Positions 39,214 through 51,113 of a stretch of DNA of 64,000 nucleotides are shown piece by piece. The notes under the pieces are model-generated. The model was not told where the DNA came from. It ran no database searches and worked only from the letters and a program-made list of their open reading frames with translations. This DNA is from Antedon mediterranea (Eukaryota; Animalia; Echinodermata). The position numbers and the translations under genes were made by a program. The stretch lies in the NCBI RefSeq assembly GCF_964355755.1, contig NC_092672.1, positions 21,279,237 to 21,343,236 on the forward strand, in the 5' to 3' direction. Each line of letters opens with the position of its first letter. Within the stretch, counting starts at the first letter, position 1.

Positions 39214-40398
39214 ATGGAATCTGATTCCGAAGAAAACATTAGGCCTAGTTAGTTTGAATCTCGATTACAATTCTTCATCATTTGACGATGATGATATTGA
39301 TGAAGAAGAAGATATAGAAATAGAAAATGACGATGGTGATGTAGGCCTAGGCCTAACGCACAAGCATGTTCGAGCCTGCTGACTGAGTACGAAGGAGGAG
39401 AGGTTGAAGACTTGGCTTGGATGGAGGACCACGAAGAGAACGCTAACGACGAAAGGGCCATGCTGTTCAATACAGAGTGGTACGTACAATATAGCTTATA
39501 ATGATGATGAATGAAGTAAAGTTGTAGTAATAATAATAGGCTGCGCTAAACTAGGCCTATTTTTTTTTATTATACTGTATTATTAATATCATTATAGGCC
39601 TCTAGCTACTAGTGTAGAGGCCTACACTTAGTAGACCTCCTACCTAGCTAGGCTAGGCCCTAGAGCTAGTAGTAGTACTACTACTAGGCCTAGGCTACTA
39701 CTGCAGAGTACTAGCTTTAGTCTAATAGGCCTAGGTTTATTTATTTGCTATTAATTCGCCTTTATCATTCATAATTGATTCAATGTTGTAAAAAAATCTT
39801 AATACAGTAATTAATAAATAGTAATGGCAATGATGCAACCCCTGTCACATCATATATAACTGTAAAAACAGTGTATCTGACATTCCTGTTTATTCAGGTG
39901 TATGTGTAAAAATTGTGTACCAATGCCAAAAGCACGAGAGTCCATTTGCTGCCAGGAAATCGCAAAGACGAGAGAGAAAATGGAGAAAGTGGAGATGAAT
40001 GAAGAGTGTTTAACACGCCATCCAGGATTCAGAGAAGTCTGTTTAAATGAGTGGTGCTACAAGTAGCATACCTTTCATATAAACAGCAGTATGGCGCAAT
40101 GGCTGCTTTACCCCACACTAATGAAGAGTAAGTTGAGCTGTTCTATGCATACGAATACTAGGTGCAATATGCTTTCATTCCATTTTCTTGTATCTTGTTA
40201 AAACCTGTAACTTTTAACAATACTTTCACAGGCAGTATAGACATGTTGCATACAGGAACCTGGTGAGATTCTGTTGGGGCTACCTTGGTAGGAAAAATAG
40301 AGTTGTTCTCCCGTCATGTGCAGTGAAGAAGAACCTTTCCAAACCCAGAAGAAGATGGCTACACAGGCTTTAAATTAGGCAATATTGCAGATATTTAA
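39214..40398 (+). pseudogene. KolX accessory protein (P2X7 C-terminal-like Cys-rich domain), 3 exons: 39214-39479, 39898-40127, 40232-40398
   Basis: W|CMCKNCVPMPKARESICCQE, CLTRHPGFREVCLN, YRHVAYRNLVRFCWGYLGRKNRVVLPSCAV and TFP...GYTGFK. GT/AG introns; several frameshifts. Confidence 0.88.
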
Positions 40399-40424
40399 TT
40401 TTTTTCAAGTTGTTATTTATATGC

Positions 40425-40965
40425 TGTTTATACGTTTTACACTACATTACTGTATATGAAAGAAGTAAAAAAGTAACGGAAGACAATGCTATCCCTTGTT
40501 TATAATACGTTTTACAGAACATTACTGTATAATATGAAAGTAGTAAAAAAGTAACAGTAGACAATGCTATCCCTTGTTTATACGTTTTACAGAACATTAC
40601 TGTATAATATGAAAGTAGTAAAAAAGTAACGGAAGACAATGCTATCCCTTGTTTATACGTTTTACAGAACATTACTGTATAATATGAAAGTAGTAAAAAA
40701 GTAACAGAAGACAATGCTATCCCTTGTTTATACGTTTTACAGAACATTACTGTATAATATGAAAGTAGTAAAAAAGTAACAGTAGACAATGCTATCCCTT
40801 GTTTATACGTTTTACAGAACATTACTGTATAATATGAAAGTAGTAAAAAAGTAACGGAAGACAATGCTATCCCTTGTTTAGGCCTATACGTTTTACAGAA
40901 CATTACTGTATAATATGAAAGAAGTAAAAAAGTAACAGAAGACAATGCTATTCCCTGTTTATACT
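40425..40965. repeat. Minisatellite, 75-bp unit, about 7 copies
   Basis: Unit GTTTATACGTTTTACAGAACATTACTGTATAATATGAAAGTAGTAAAAAAGTAACGGAAGACAATGCTATCCCTT recurs at 40576, 40651, 40726 and 40801, with variant copies on each side. Confidence 0.95.
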
Positions 40966-41049
40966 GTATATATTTATAAATTAAAATGAAAAAAAAAAGT
41001 AAAAAAGACAATGCTATCTCTTGTTTATATATGTGCTACAGTAAATTAT

Positions 41050-41763
41050 GGAAGTAAATTGAAAAAAATGGTGGCTCTTGCTCTTGAGTCTTGCTCTACT
41101 TTGCAAACCATTAATCTGAAATTGCAACATCTTTATCTGGCCGAACGAAGGTTGAGCACACGGGTGGTGGTGGTGAACTTAATTCAGGAATTGAATCTGA
41201 AGAATTTTTCTTGCCACTACTGCACAAGTATAATGTTTCTGAAATAAGCTCGTCAACATAAGCTGTGGTTACAAAATAAATGCAATTGTCAATAAATGAA
41301 CAAAGTCATTAAACAAAATAGTATACAGCTTATCAATCAAATTTGTTTGGCTTACCAAATGTTGCATCTGTCAATAATCTTTTAAGTGTGTAGCCACCAC
41401 TTTTTGCTCTTGGAAACACCAGCGAGAACCGTTCATTTCCATCTCTATCTTTTGCTGCTGCCCTGCCAGAATTTTCATTGTAGTGTAATACAGCGAGTAT
41501 TGCCCTAAGATACAAAATTGGATATTTGATATTTTTATGTAAACTTTTAATATGCTACACCAATAGTAAGTGTAAGGATAAATGACAATTATAGTAGTAA
41601 GTACCTGCTTAACATGCCATTGTATGAATACCCAAGCATTTTGGGTGTGAAATGTAGTATGGTTCCATGGAACGCCTCTACTACTGATGTTGAGCATGTG
41701 GACTTAATTTCTGAACATCCTTTCGTAGATGAGTATTTTCTAGCAGGTCGCACAGCTTCTCAC
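41050..41763 (-). pseudogene. Kolobok transposase C-terminal exons
   Basis: LRKDVQKLSPHAQ(T)SVVEAFHGTILHFTPK, AILAVLHYNENSGR...GNERFSLVFPRAKSGGYTLK, and AYVDELI. Confidence 0.85.
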
Positions 41764-42268
41764 TAGTCTGGGCTCCAGACGGAGTTTTGTAAAAATATAA
41801 ATATTTTTGCACATATGGCGTTTCATACGTGTATTACTTGAGTTTGGATACTCCGTCTGGGGAAACACGCATAAGTCACGTGGTTTGACACCAAGAATTC
41901 TTGGTGCATAAATTATCCAGTTGACTAGTTTCAGCCGCATGCCATTGGCTACTCACTCGTACATTGTTTTAATATTCATATTTCAGAATTTCAAAGACTC
42001 AACGTCTAAAGGCCCGGTCACACCTTACCGATATTTTAGACCGATATCGATACAAAAATATCGGTATAGTGCATAAGAGCGGGGGCGGTCACACTAGAGC
42101 GATAATCGAGACGGTCATCGGGAGCCAAATCGGTCGAATGGCTTCTTTAGCGATTTTTTTTTTTGTATCGCCCGATAATTTTGTTTTTAGCCAATCAGAT
42201 GATGGTACGTCATACCTGTCATCAACAGTGAATTTCTCCACTCCTCCTCTCCTCCTCTCTGTGGCGCG

Positions 42269-44962
42269 ATGGCTGACACAACATCAGACGTTGTTTTGGA
42301 AACACTGATTTTGAACGTTCAAATAACACAGTTCTGTATGACAAGGGACACGCCGAATACAAAAACAACATTTAAAAAAATGATATATGGAACGAGATTG
42401 GCGAGAGGGTTGGAATGACTGGTAAGTGAATAACTAACAGCTATTATTCCAAGCTAGGCGGGCGTCTGTAATTTCTAGGCCTAGGCCTAGGTAGTAGTAC
42501 TCTAGGCCTATGTAGTAGTATACAGTAGTCCGCAGATGTCAGTCAGAGCGCGCGCACGGGTACGACTGTCAACCAATTATCATGTGGTGGACCAGCTTGG
42601 CCTAACTAGTAAGCGTAGGCCACAGAATGTGATTTATGGAATGAAAAATAATTAAAAAAACTAGGCCTAGTAGTACTACTAGTAATATTGCATAATAATC
42701 TTCACAATAGATTTTATTCAATTACAACATTAACAAATATAATATATATAATATATATAATATTATTATTACTCTTGAATAATTAATAGAGTATCAATAC
42801 TAGTAGTAGTACTATAGATAGTAATATTGCATAATAATCTTTACAATATATTTTATTCAATTACAAGATTTTTAACAAATATATTCAAGTTTAAGTCATA
42901 TCATTTAAAATATATTAAAATAATAAAAAGATGTTTTTTCCCAACTCTGAAATGTAATTTAAAACTAAAATATATTACTATGATATGAAATTATTTTAAA
43001 CATAACATATTTAATGACAAAAACTTTTTTACACCAGCCCCTCCACAATAATTTTCACAATGTTACAGCAAACCAACCATTTTTTGTTAGGCATTATTAT
43101 AATATTATTAATTAATAATAATGAAATGTATCTCATTTCATCTACTATTTTATTTCATAATGAATAATTAAACTGCTTTGCCAAAACAAGCATCCCTTTA
43201 CCATGGCACTTCACCCGCTGGTGACATAAAGTACTCTTTGAATGTGTGCCTGACTGCTATTGCGTCATTTGAGGCATGATTTCCTGTTAAACGCAGGTTC
43301 TGAATGACTTTATGATGTGCAGACCTTTGAGAATCTACTTGTGCATTGATACAGTGTCACCCGTCTTCTGTAAAAAATGGTGCAGTACACATGTAGCTTT
43401 GATTATTTTGTCCACATTGTGTTGCTGTAATTGCATTCGCCTTTGGTAGACACGCCACCTTGCTGCCAAAAAGCCAAATGCATTTTCCACTATCCTCCGG
43501 GCTCTAGAAAGTCTGTAGTTGTAAATTCGTTTGCTGTCATCAAGTTCACTGCCAGAATAAGATCTCATTATATTTGATTTCAGTGGAAATGCCTCATCCC
43601 CAATAATGACATAGGGAACTTTACCAAGCTCTGGTGCATTTGGCAATTCTTTATCAGCTGGAAAGGCCAATTGATGGGCTTGTATCGCTTTGCCCATTGC
43701 ACTTTTTGCAAATATGCCAGCGTCACTTTGGGAACCATATGCTCCCAACATCAATCAGTATGAAACGGTACATGGCATCTACCAGAGCCATCAGTACTAC
43801 AGAAAAAGTACCTTTGTAATTGAAGAAGGTTGATCCTGTATATGGTGGGGCTTGAATAACAACATGTTTCCCATCTATGGCCCCAACACAGTTTGGGAAC
43901 TGCCACCTTGTTTCGAATGCAGCTGCTACTTCTTTCCATTCATTTTCTGTTGGAACAGGCATATATTGAGGGTGCATGCATTGCCAAATAGCATCACACA
44001 CCTCAGGCACAATGTTGACAATGGTTGTTTTTCCGACTCTGTAACTAAAAGAAATAGTTTTGTACGAGTCTCCAGTAGCCAAGTATCTGTAAAAAAAATA
44101 TAAATGGTTTTAATTTATTCCTTGACTTTAAAATGTACTGTGCAGTATGCAATGTGTTGATTTGTATAACGTTTCAACACAAAAAAATAGATAAAAATGT
44201 TTATTGTAACTATTAATTATTTGTACTACAGTAGTTGTTTACATGATATTTATATTTTCAATGTTATTTTTAAAACTACACTTTTTTGTTATATTTACAG
44301 GAGACTTGGCACGCAAGAAATGGGGCAACATCAGGGATGCTTACAGCAGCAGTAAACGAAAAGCTGCATCTAAAAGTGGAGATGCCAAAAAGTACATAAA
44401 GAAGTACAAATTCGAAGACATCTTGTCCTTTTTAAAACCATTTATCCAACACAGAGAGTAAGTAAAATCGAATGTTAATAATAATAATTAATTCACTTCT
44501 GTATAAATAGTAAACAACATAATATATTTACTAAACAAATGAACATTTTGCCTGTGGTTCAAATGTATATCACATCAAAGGTAATATAAGTCTGTAGACC
44601 ATTAACAATTGTTTTTCATTTCAGGACCTCAAGTAACCTCAATAGTCCAAGTGAACTATTAGTATTAAGTAAAAGCAATACTAGTATTAGTGATGAGGAC
44701 ATTCCAGACTTGCCACACACATCTACACAAAAACCCACACCAAAAAAAAGAAAGTTACCAGATGACAGTGACAGTGTTGACATTGACAAATCAATTTTGA
44801 AGTATCTGGAAGATCAGAAAGAAAACAAGAAAGACGACATTCATTGTTTTTTTTTTGTCAATGGCCGAAATTTTAAGAAAACTGCCTGAAAGGGCCAGGG
44901 CTGACATCCGATTTAAAATTCACAAATTGGTCCATGAGGCTGAGATAGAGTATTTGCTTTAG
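42269..44962 (+). pseudogene. Harbinger MADF(Myb/SANT-like)-BESS protein, exons 42269-42421, 44301-44457, 44625-44962
   Basis: LILNVQ..VLYDKGHAEYKN..KNDIWNEIG, ARKKWGNIRDAY...KSG...YKFEDILSFL, and BESS-like FFLSMAEILRKLPERARADIRFKIHKLV. Canonical splice sites; frameshifts and a stop. Confidence 0.88.
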
Positions 44963-45864
44963 GTTTTAAATTTTATTGTTAAATTTGACTTTATTTTATA
45001 AAAATAATTGTATAAAAATTGATTATTATTATTGTTCCACAACACTTTCGGGTTGTTGAAAATGTTGTTTTTGTACATTAGCAACATTGACAAGAAAAAT
45101 AAATTAACTTGTATTTTTCCGGGATGACACTATATCTTTAAAATTGCAGTATTTTAAATATTTTAATTTAGCTGGCAATACTTCAAAGAAGGCAATTAAA
45201 ATAAACGTTTTTAATTTTGAATTAACCAGTGTTGAGGTCTCCTTTGTTTGGGTATTTATTACTTAACTTTTATTTCATTTTTTAAATTTAACAAAATAAT
45301 TTCACAGCAATATTAATGCCGAAAATGTGGGGTTACTGATCAGTAGTGGTCTTGGCCTAGGTCTATAGTAATTAGTTGTAACTCACCCTAGTCTTGTAGT
45401 AGTACTATGCCTAGTGCTACTACTAGGCCTAGGCTGTTACTAAAGTAGGTACTACTGTACCCTAGGCGCTAGAGAGGCCTGCTCTAGTTAGTGGCCTGTA
45501 GTACTAACTAATTATGATTAGTGCTCAATTAATTTATTATATTTAAGAATTATATACTTACCTAAGACATATTGCTAGCCTTTCATTTGCACTTACACTC
45601 TTTCTAAAAAAGGTGTCTTCCTTTTGTATTTTACCTCGTACCAAGTCTAAAATAGTATAGAACTGTTGCTCTGACATTCTGAAGTATTCATAAAATTTGT
45701 CTTCATGAGAAGACAATTCTCTGAACAATGTTTGGAATTCCCCATACATTGCCCTAGATTCATTAAATTGGGTGTACCCACAATCTACGTCTTTTTTGTC
45801 GACATTTTTGTCTTCTTAATAACAAATACATCAGAAGTACTTCTTCGCTGTCGTCTGCCATCAT
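43168..45864 (-). pseudogene. Harbinger DDE transposase (HARBI1-like), exons 45864-45562 and 44086-43168
   Basis: WVHP, YFRMS, ERLAICLR|YLATG, FPNCVGAIDGKHV, GSQSDAGIF, IIGDEAFPL, NYRLSRARRIVENAFG and GEVPW. At least three frameshifts and a nonsense codon. Confidence 0.93.
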
Positions 45865-47114
45865 GTATATTTTAACTTTAATCAAAGATAGTGTAGTACT
45901 ACACTATCTTTGCTTTAATTACTATCCATACAACAACAACTTTTTTTAACCGTTGGGGGCGTCATCACAACGAAACGATTTCGGTTGAAGTGTGACCGCG
46001 ATTGAGAACGATAAGTCACGACCGATATTTCACGTCCGATAGGTATCGGTTAGGTGTGACCGGGCCTTAAGACGATGCGCATGCGCTATGTTACGTTTAG
46101 ACAATGTGTACTTGGGTACATTGATGAAAGTTTCCGAAGGCTAAAAATGATTTTATATGCCTAGTAGTCTGGTAAACATTTGATGAGATTTTTCCCAAGA
46201 ACATGAAAACTCGTCTTGATATGATAGGCTAGCTTCTCCGCCAAATCAAACATTGAATGGATCATTTATTATGCGAAAAAAATTAGATTTATTTCCCACC
46301 CAGACCCTGTCCTGTTCTGTGTGGTGGTGTAGCCTGTTGTGTGCCGGTCGGTGGTGGTATGTAGGCCTACCTTATTGGCGTTTTATTTGGAAGGTCATAC
46401 GTACGAGTTGAGTAGCCCTACGAAGGAGGCCTAGGCCAGGACTAAACAATTAATAAACAAAACAACTTGGCAACACGATTTTCAACAGTTGTTCAGTCTC
46501 ATCGTACAATCAGCATACTGTACGTACGTACTCGATCTTTTTCATTTTGAAACAAAATGATCATTGGTTGATTCGAAATCCATATTTAAATACCGCCCGC
46601 CCCATATAGCCAAATACGGTATGATAACCTACGTCATTCTTATCAGATGTTTGCGATCTGCAACTCGATTTCTATACGTGTTTCACAAGTCTGTATTTTC
46701 AGACAAAAATCGCGGTCGAAATAAAAACAAATAAATAAAAAAAAGAAGACAATAAATACAGACTTGGGGCAAGTCTAAGCTTCTCACAAGCCTGTTGAAA
46801 ATTTACACAATTATTTAAAACAACAGTACTAACAAATTATTAGTGATTTTAAAATGCACAAATAAATTAGTACCTGGTTTAAGCCATTTTTTTTCTGCCA
46901 TCTGGTATGGGTGCATGTAGATATTCTTTAAAATGCTATTGAATCAGTTGAGCTTTATTAATATTGATACAGTAGGCCTACGTCCACTGATGGGACCCCG
47001 ACACTAAAGGCAACAATGAGATTTGTTTGGATAGAATAATGAAAATAGGCCTAGGGGCAGGGACCTACTAGACTAGGCCTAACTAGTAATGGGAATGAAT
47101 ACTTACAATAACAA

Positions 47115-47485
47115 TTAACATCCTGTCTCCGGCGTTTGACAGAACTTGTCCTTTTGCGTTTCTCCGCAGTTTCACTATTTTTATTTTTTCTTATGGTCGG
47201 GACTGCATCGGCCACCTTAAGTTTTAGGGTGGATGGTAGTCCCAATTTTCTTTTCATCATACAGGACGACTCAAAACATTCGTTTTCCACAAAGTGAACG
47301 CTGCATATATTCATTAGGGCCTAGCTAGCTAGGCCTAGGAAAATCGGCTCTAGGAAAATCGGCTCTAGTAAACTGGACAAAACGAATCCACTGGCGTCTT
47401 ATTCTGGGTTTTTTTGGAAAGCCAAAAAACTTACATCATCGTTTGAAGTAAGAACACAACCACCAACGACACAATTGACTGGCAT
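47115..47485 (-). pseudogene. THAP DNA-binding domain, first exon of the Kolobok transposase
   Basis: MPVNCVVGGC...RRQWIRFV...ICSVHF...AVPTI. A further exon fragment ...KKWLKP|gt lies at about 46874-46925; the catalytic core between them is deleted. Confidence 0.88.
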
Positions 47486-49668
47486 AATATCGGAAAATAA
47501 TGTAAAACTTCGATGAAAATATACTCGCTCAATAGAGATACAATACAACACAATAAGATGGAGGGCCGGGATGGAGGAGATACTGTGGTGTACCACATGC
47601 AGTGCGACGGTGCACTCTGACCGAATTTCGGACGACTACAATTAGTGACGTCACGAACTGATTGGAATGTGACATTGCCGATTTTTAGGATTTCGTCACT
47701 CACCTTAAAATTTCCTCTATTAAACATCGTTAAATATCACTTTTTTCATAAAATTTTGCAAAAAATGTTAAATATATCAATATATAGTTGTATGCAGAAC
47801 GTATTTTGATGAAAAATTGCTACTTTTAAAACGTGTCATGTGATCTTTAATCGAAGAAGCGGAGAGCTATCCTATATGTGATGGATGTAAGGATGGAGGC
47901 AAAGCTGCCAAGAAAAGGAACACCAGGGCATTTTCTCCAAAAGTGTAAAAACTATGCTGAACTTTAAATAGACCTAATATTTTAAGCTTTGTACTAAGTT
48001 ATGCCTTGGTAATGCTTAATTAAAATTATTAGTGTTCAAATGAGACTGTTTTCAAGTGTATTTTTATTTACATACATTTTAGAATTTAAAAGAAATGCAA
48101 GAATAAAAATATAAGTTGGCGGCCATATTGGAAAAATTTGCATAAATTTAAATAAAAAATAAAAAGGGCCTCCCTCATCGTTTTTTTAAAAATCCCGGAC
48201 GATAAACTGGTTATTAATTTTATTTGGCCTAAAGATTACTATTTTTAATAATTTTTCTTCATTACATGCTTTTTCTAGATGTCGACAGCCGGCATAAAAT
48301 GTTGTTGCCTTCATAGCCTTAGCTTTTCGAATCACAATGGATCTTTGCGGCCTATAAATGATAATGTGTCTTGGGCAGAGATCTTCACCTCAATTTTTCT
48401 AGTTCAGTGTACATTTTCAATCGAAATATTATTTAAGCCAAGATCAGTTTTAAATATGTCCTTTACAAGGTGCATTTGATCTTTTCCTTGATGTCACCAA
48501 ATCATAGGTTGTAGCTTCTAAAATGCCTTTCAACTCGTAGCAATTCAGCTTCCATGTAGCTATTGTATCCTGTTTAGATTTGATGTTTCACACATTCATG
48601 TCAAACTATCCGTTGTAGCTTTAAATTTATCCTTAATTTTTACTTTGAAGTTCCATAACATTTCTGTTTTTAGCAATGCTTGTTACTCTTTAGTGATGCT
48701 CTTTCCTTGTCAATCCTACTATTTATGTCAGCTGCTAAGCTACTCATTTCATCACTCAATGCATTCATTCAACATTTTTTTATTCATAGCTTGTTCAGTA
48801 GGCTCAGTTTTTATACCTATACTATGAATTCGTGTTTTTCTTGTATTCATAGTTCAAGATAAAGCACTATTAATTGGTTATGAATACTCCTAGGCTTATA
48901 TTCTTAGTAAAATGTAATACTTGCAGAATGATCAACTGTTGGGAATTAAATATTATACAGAGCATTGTATGTCTTCACTCAGAGATGTCCATAGCACTTT
49001 AATTTTACTGTAAATAAGAATTTGAGTTCTCTACACTAAAGGTTATTCACATGACAGTTTGTAATAGTGATATGTAAAAGGAATTTAATAATGAATCATA
49101 ATCAACAGAAATAGAACAATTTATTTAATTAATTCAAATTGTTCAATATAATTTAAAATATTTAATATTCCTGGAGTATTATCACAAATAGATAATCATT
49201 TCAATTTGTAGCATTCAAAATACAGTAGGAGGGTTTGTTTATAATTTTATAATTGTATTTTGATGGGTTGGCACCCAAACATTTTTAATTTTTTTTACTC
49301 CATCTTTGGTATTTAATTGCATTCTTTGAAAATTACCTTTTTTTCAATGAGCTTGCCTGAATCTTCGACTGTCTGGTGTTTTCAATTCTCCTTCTCCTTC
49401 TTTTTATTTGGATATATATTGTATTTTCATCTTCTTCCCAACTTTTTTATTATTTTTTTCAGGGAGCCTAGGCGTAAAGTTTTTCAACTTATATAGGTTT
49501 CCTTCCACACATACTATGTTTTTTATAGGTTATTATTATAGTGTTTATATAATTATTATTTTATGTATTTTTAATATATGTATGGAGAACATTTATTGAA
49601 TATTTATTGAAAATTGATTAAACAAATCAAATAAAATAAAACAAATCATAATATATTAATTTTGTGTA

Positions 49669-51113
49669 TCTATATATAAATTTACGTAAGGGCAAAATTC
49701 GGTAAAACGCGCGTTATTTCTAGAATGTTTACTCGATGGTATATAAAGTTGGTTCGTACTTTCGGTACTGATTTTAACCACCTGATGTAACCCTGTTTAC
49801 TAATTAAATTGAGTTCGATAATTAGTTATTGACGATTAAAACGAATTTAGGTTCAACGATTTGCCCCAAATAGGGGTGTTTTTCGATCGTGGTATACACT
49901 GTCTAATGGATGTCCGTCTTGATAAATACCTGCAGACAATAATGCGAGGATGCTTCGCATTTTCCTATCTCCTCCTACGATAATTGTTTTTAATGGCTGA
50001 AAACCGATTGAACAGCTCGAGTACAGCATCATAATGTTGAAGACAGGCCGATTTTCTTTAAAAAATACTATTTTGATAGAATTAATATACGTTTATACAA
50101 ATGTATTGATTTGCGATGAATGGAACATTCCAATCTCTGTTCCACAAGCGTCTATTCCCTCAGGCGTCGTAAAGGCAAGTACTGTATACTCATAACAGAA
50201 ATTAGATCCATTTTTTTTTTCAATCTGTGCTGCAGAGGTTGGATATAAATTTTTTTTAACGGATAATGAGCTAGCGTTTTCACTCGCCGTATATTATGTA
50301 CACATCTTTATTATTGCAGTTAAACCACCCACATCATCACCCTTCCCTCACTGGCATGAGTAGCGTTGTAAAACCAGTAGAGGATAGGCCTACGGTACAT
50401 CACATGCCATAAATGCAAAACAACTTTGGTGGGTATTAGGGTAGGAACCAACTTAAGTATGAATTGGCTCTAAGAAACAAATGAAAACCATTAGGCCTAC
50501 TAATTAAGTTGAGTTAGATAATTTAATATTTATTGACGATTAAATCGAATTTATGATTTTCCCCGAAATAGAGGTGGTTTTCACAAATTGTTTTACATTA
50601 TATAAACATATACACGTCGTAGTGATGTATCGTTACATGTACTGTACTATTTCAATCGACTATGACGGTGATAGTTTCAACAAAGTATTAAATCGCAATG
50701 TTTTACTGTGTGTAGTGGTATATTATTTGTAAAACATGAAAACAATTAATATTTCGTTACTAAATGGATAAAGAATATATTTAAAAAGTGTTCCTCTTTG
50801 CACCCATCCTCTTCCCCATCCCTCAACCCTAATGTTACATACAAAACACAAATTAAGTTTGTTTAAATTTGACTTAAACAATTGGTCTCATTTTGTGACA
50901 AGTTTCTCTTTCAGAAGTAATAGGGTGCTAATTTTAGTTGAGTACATAAATCACAGTGTCTATTTATTCGTTCCTGTAAACGACATGTATTATTGTCCTG
51001 CGGTACGTACATTTGAAATCGCCAGTTTTTTAACGCTGAAATTATTATGTATTCGAGAACCATCTGTGGGCACGACCTAGATGGTACGCGAGCGAAGCGA
51101 GCGTACCATCTAG
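49669..51113 (+). mobile_element. Composite non-autonomous Helitron (core unit 50305-51113)
   Basis: A|TC starts at 49669 and 50305. 3' hairpin CTAGATGGTACGC...GCGTACCATCTAG ending CTAG|T. Confidence 0.7.

Larger units (their letters stand above)
42010..46067. mobile_element. PIF/Harbinger DNA transposon (full length, decayed), innermost layer
   Basis: 24-bp TIR AGGCCCGGTCACACCT(T/A)ACCGATA, TAA TSD at 42007-42009 and 46068-46070, and two genes (DDE transposase and MADF/Myb-like). Confidence 0.95.
41764..46777. mobile_element. AcademH-like non-autonomous element nested in a Kolobok transposase exon
   Basis: TAG...CTA termini (TAGTCTGGGCTCCAGAC / CAGACTTGGGGCAAGTCTA) and perfect 10-bp TSD AGCTTCTCAC at 41754-41763 and 46778-46787. 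Removal restores ag|ACEKLCDLLENTHLRKD. Confidence 0.78.
38937..47846. mobile_element. Kolobok DNA transposon (decayed), nested in the Zator element
   Basis: Perfect 14-bp TIR AGATCACATGACAC, TTAA TSD at 38933-38936 and 47847-47850, and convergent THAP-transposase and KolX genes. Confidence 0.93.
34115..48229 (+). mobile_element. Zator-like DNA transposon (internally deleted), outer shell of a 14.1-kb nested composite
   Basis: 33-bp TIR GGCAAAATAAAATTTATAACCAGTTTATCGTCC with 2 mismatches to the right end. GG termini, 3-bp TAA TSD, empty site at 24099-24101. Residual ORF start at 34527 and a Cys-containing C-terminus across the Kolobok site. Confidence 0.85.

Noticed and set aside
39214-40398. 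Host P2RX7 gene
   Set aside because: No ectodomain or transmembrane exons; it lies inside Kolobok TIRs and is frameshifted.
40425-40965. CRISPR array or a 189-aa repetitive membrane protein (ORF 40442..41011)
   Set aside because: The units are contiguous 75-bp tandem copies with no unique spacers, in eukaryotic DNA with no cas genes. The ORF is a by-product of a stop-free unit divisible by 3.
43168-45864. Domesticated HARBI1/ALP1-like host gene
   Set aside because: Bounded by TIRs and TSD, paired with a MADF gene, and disrupted by frameshifts and a stop.
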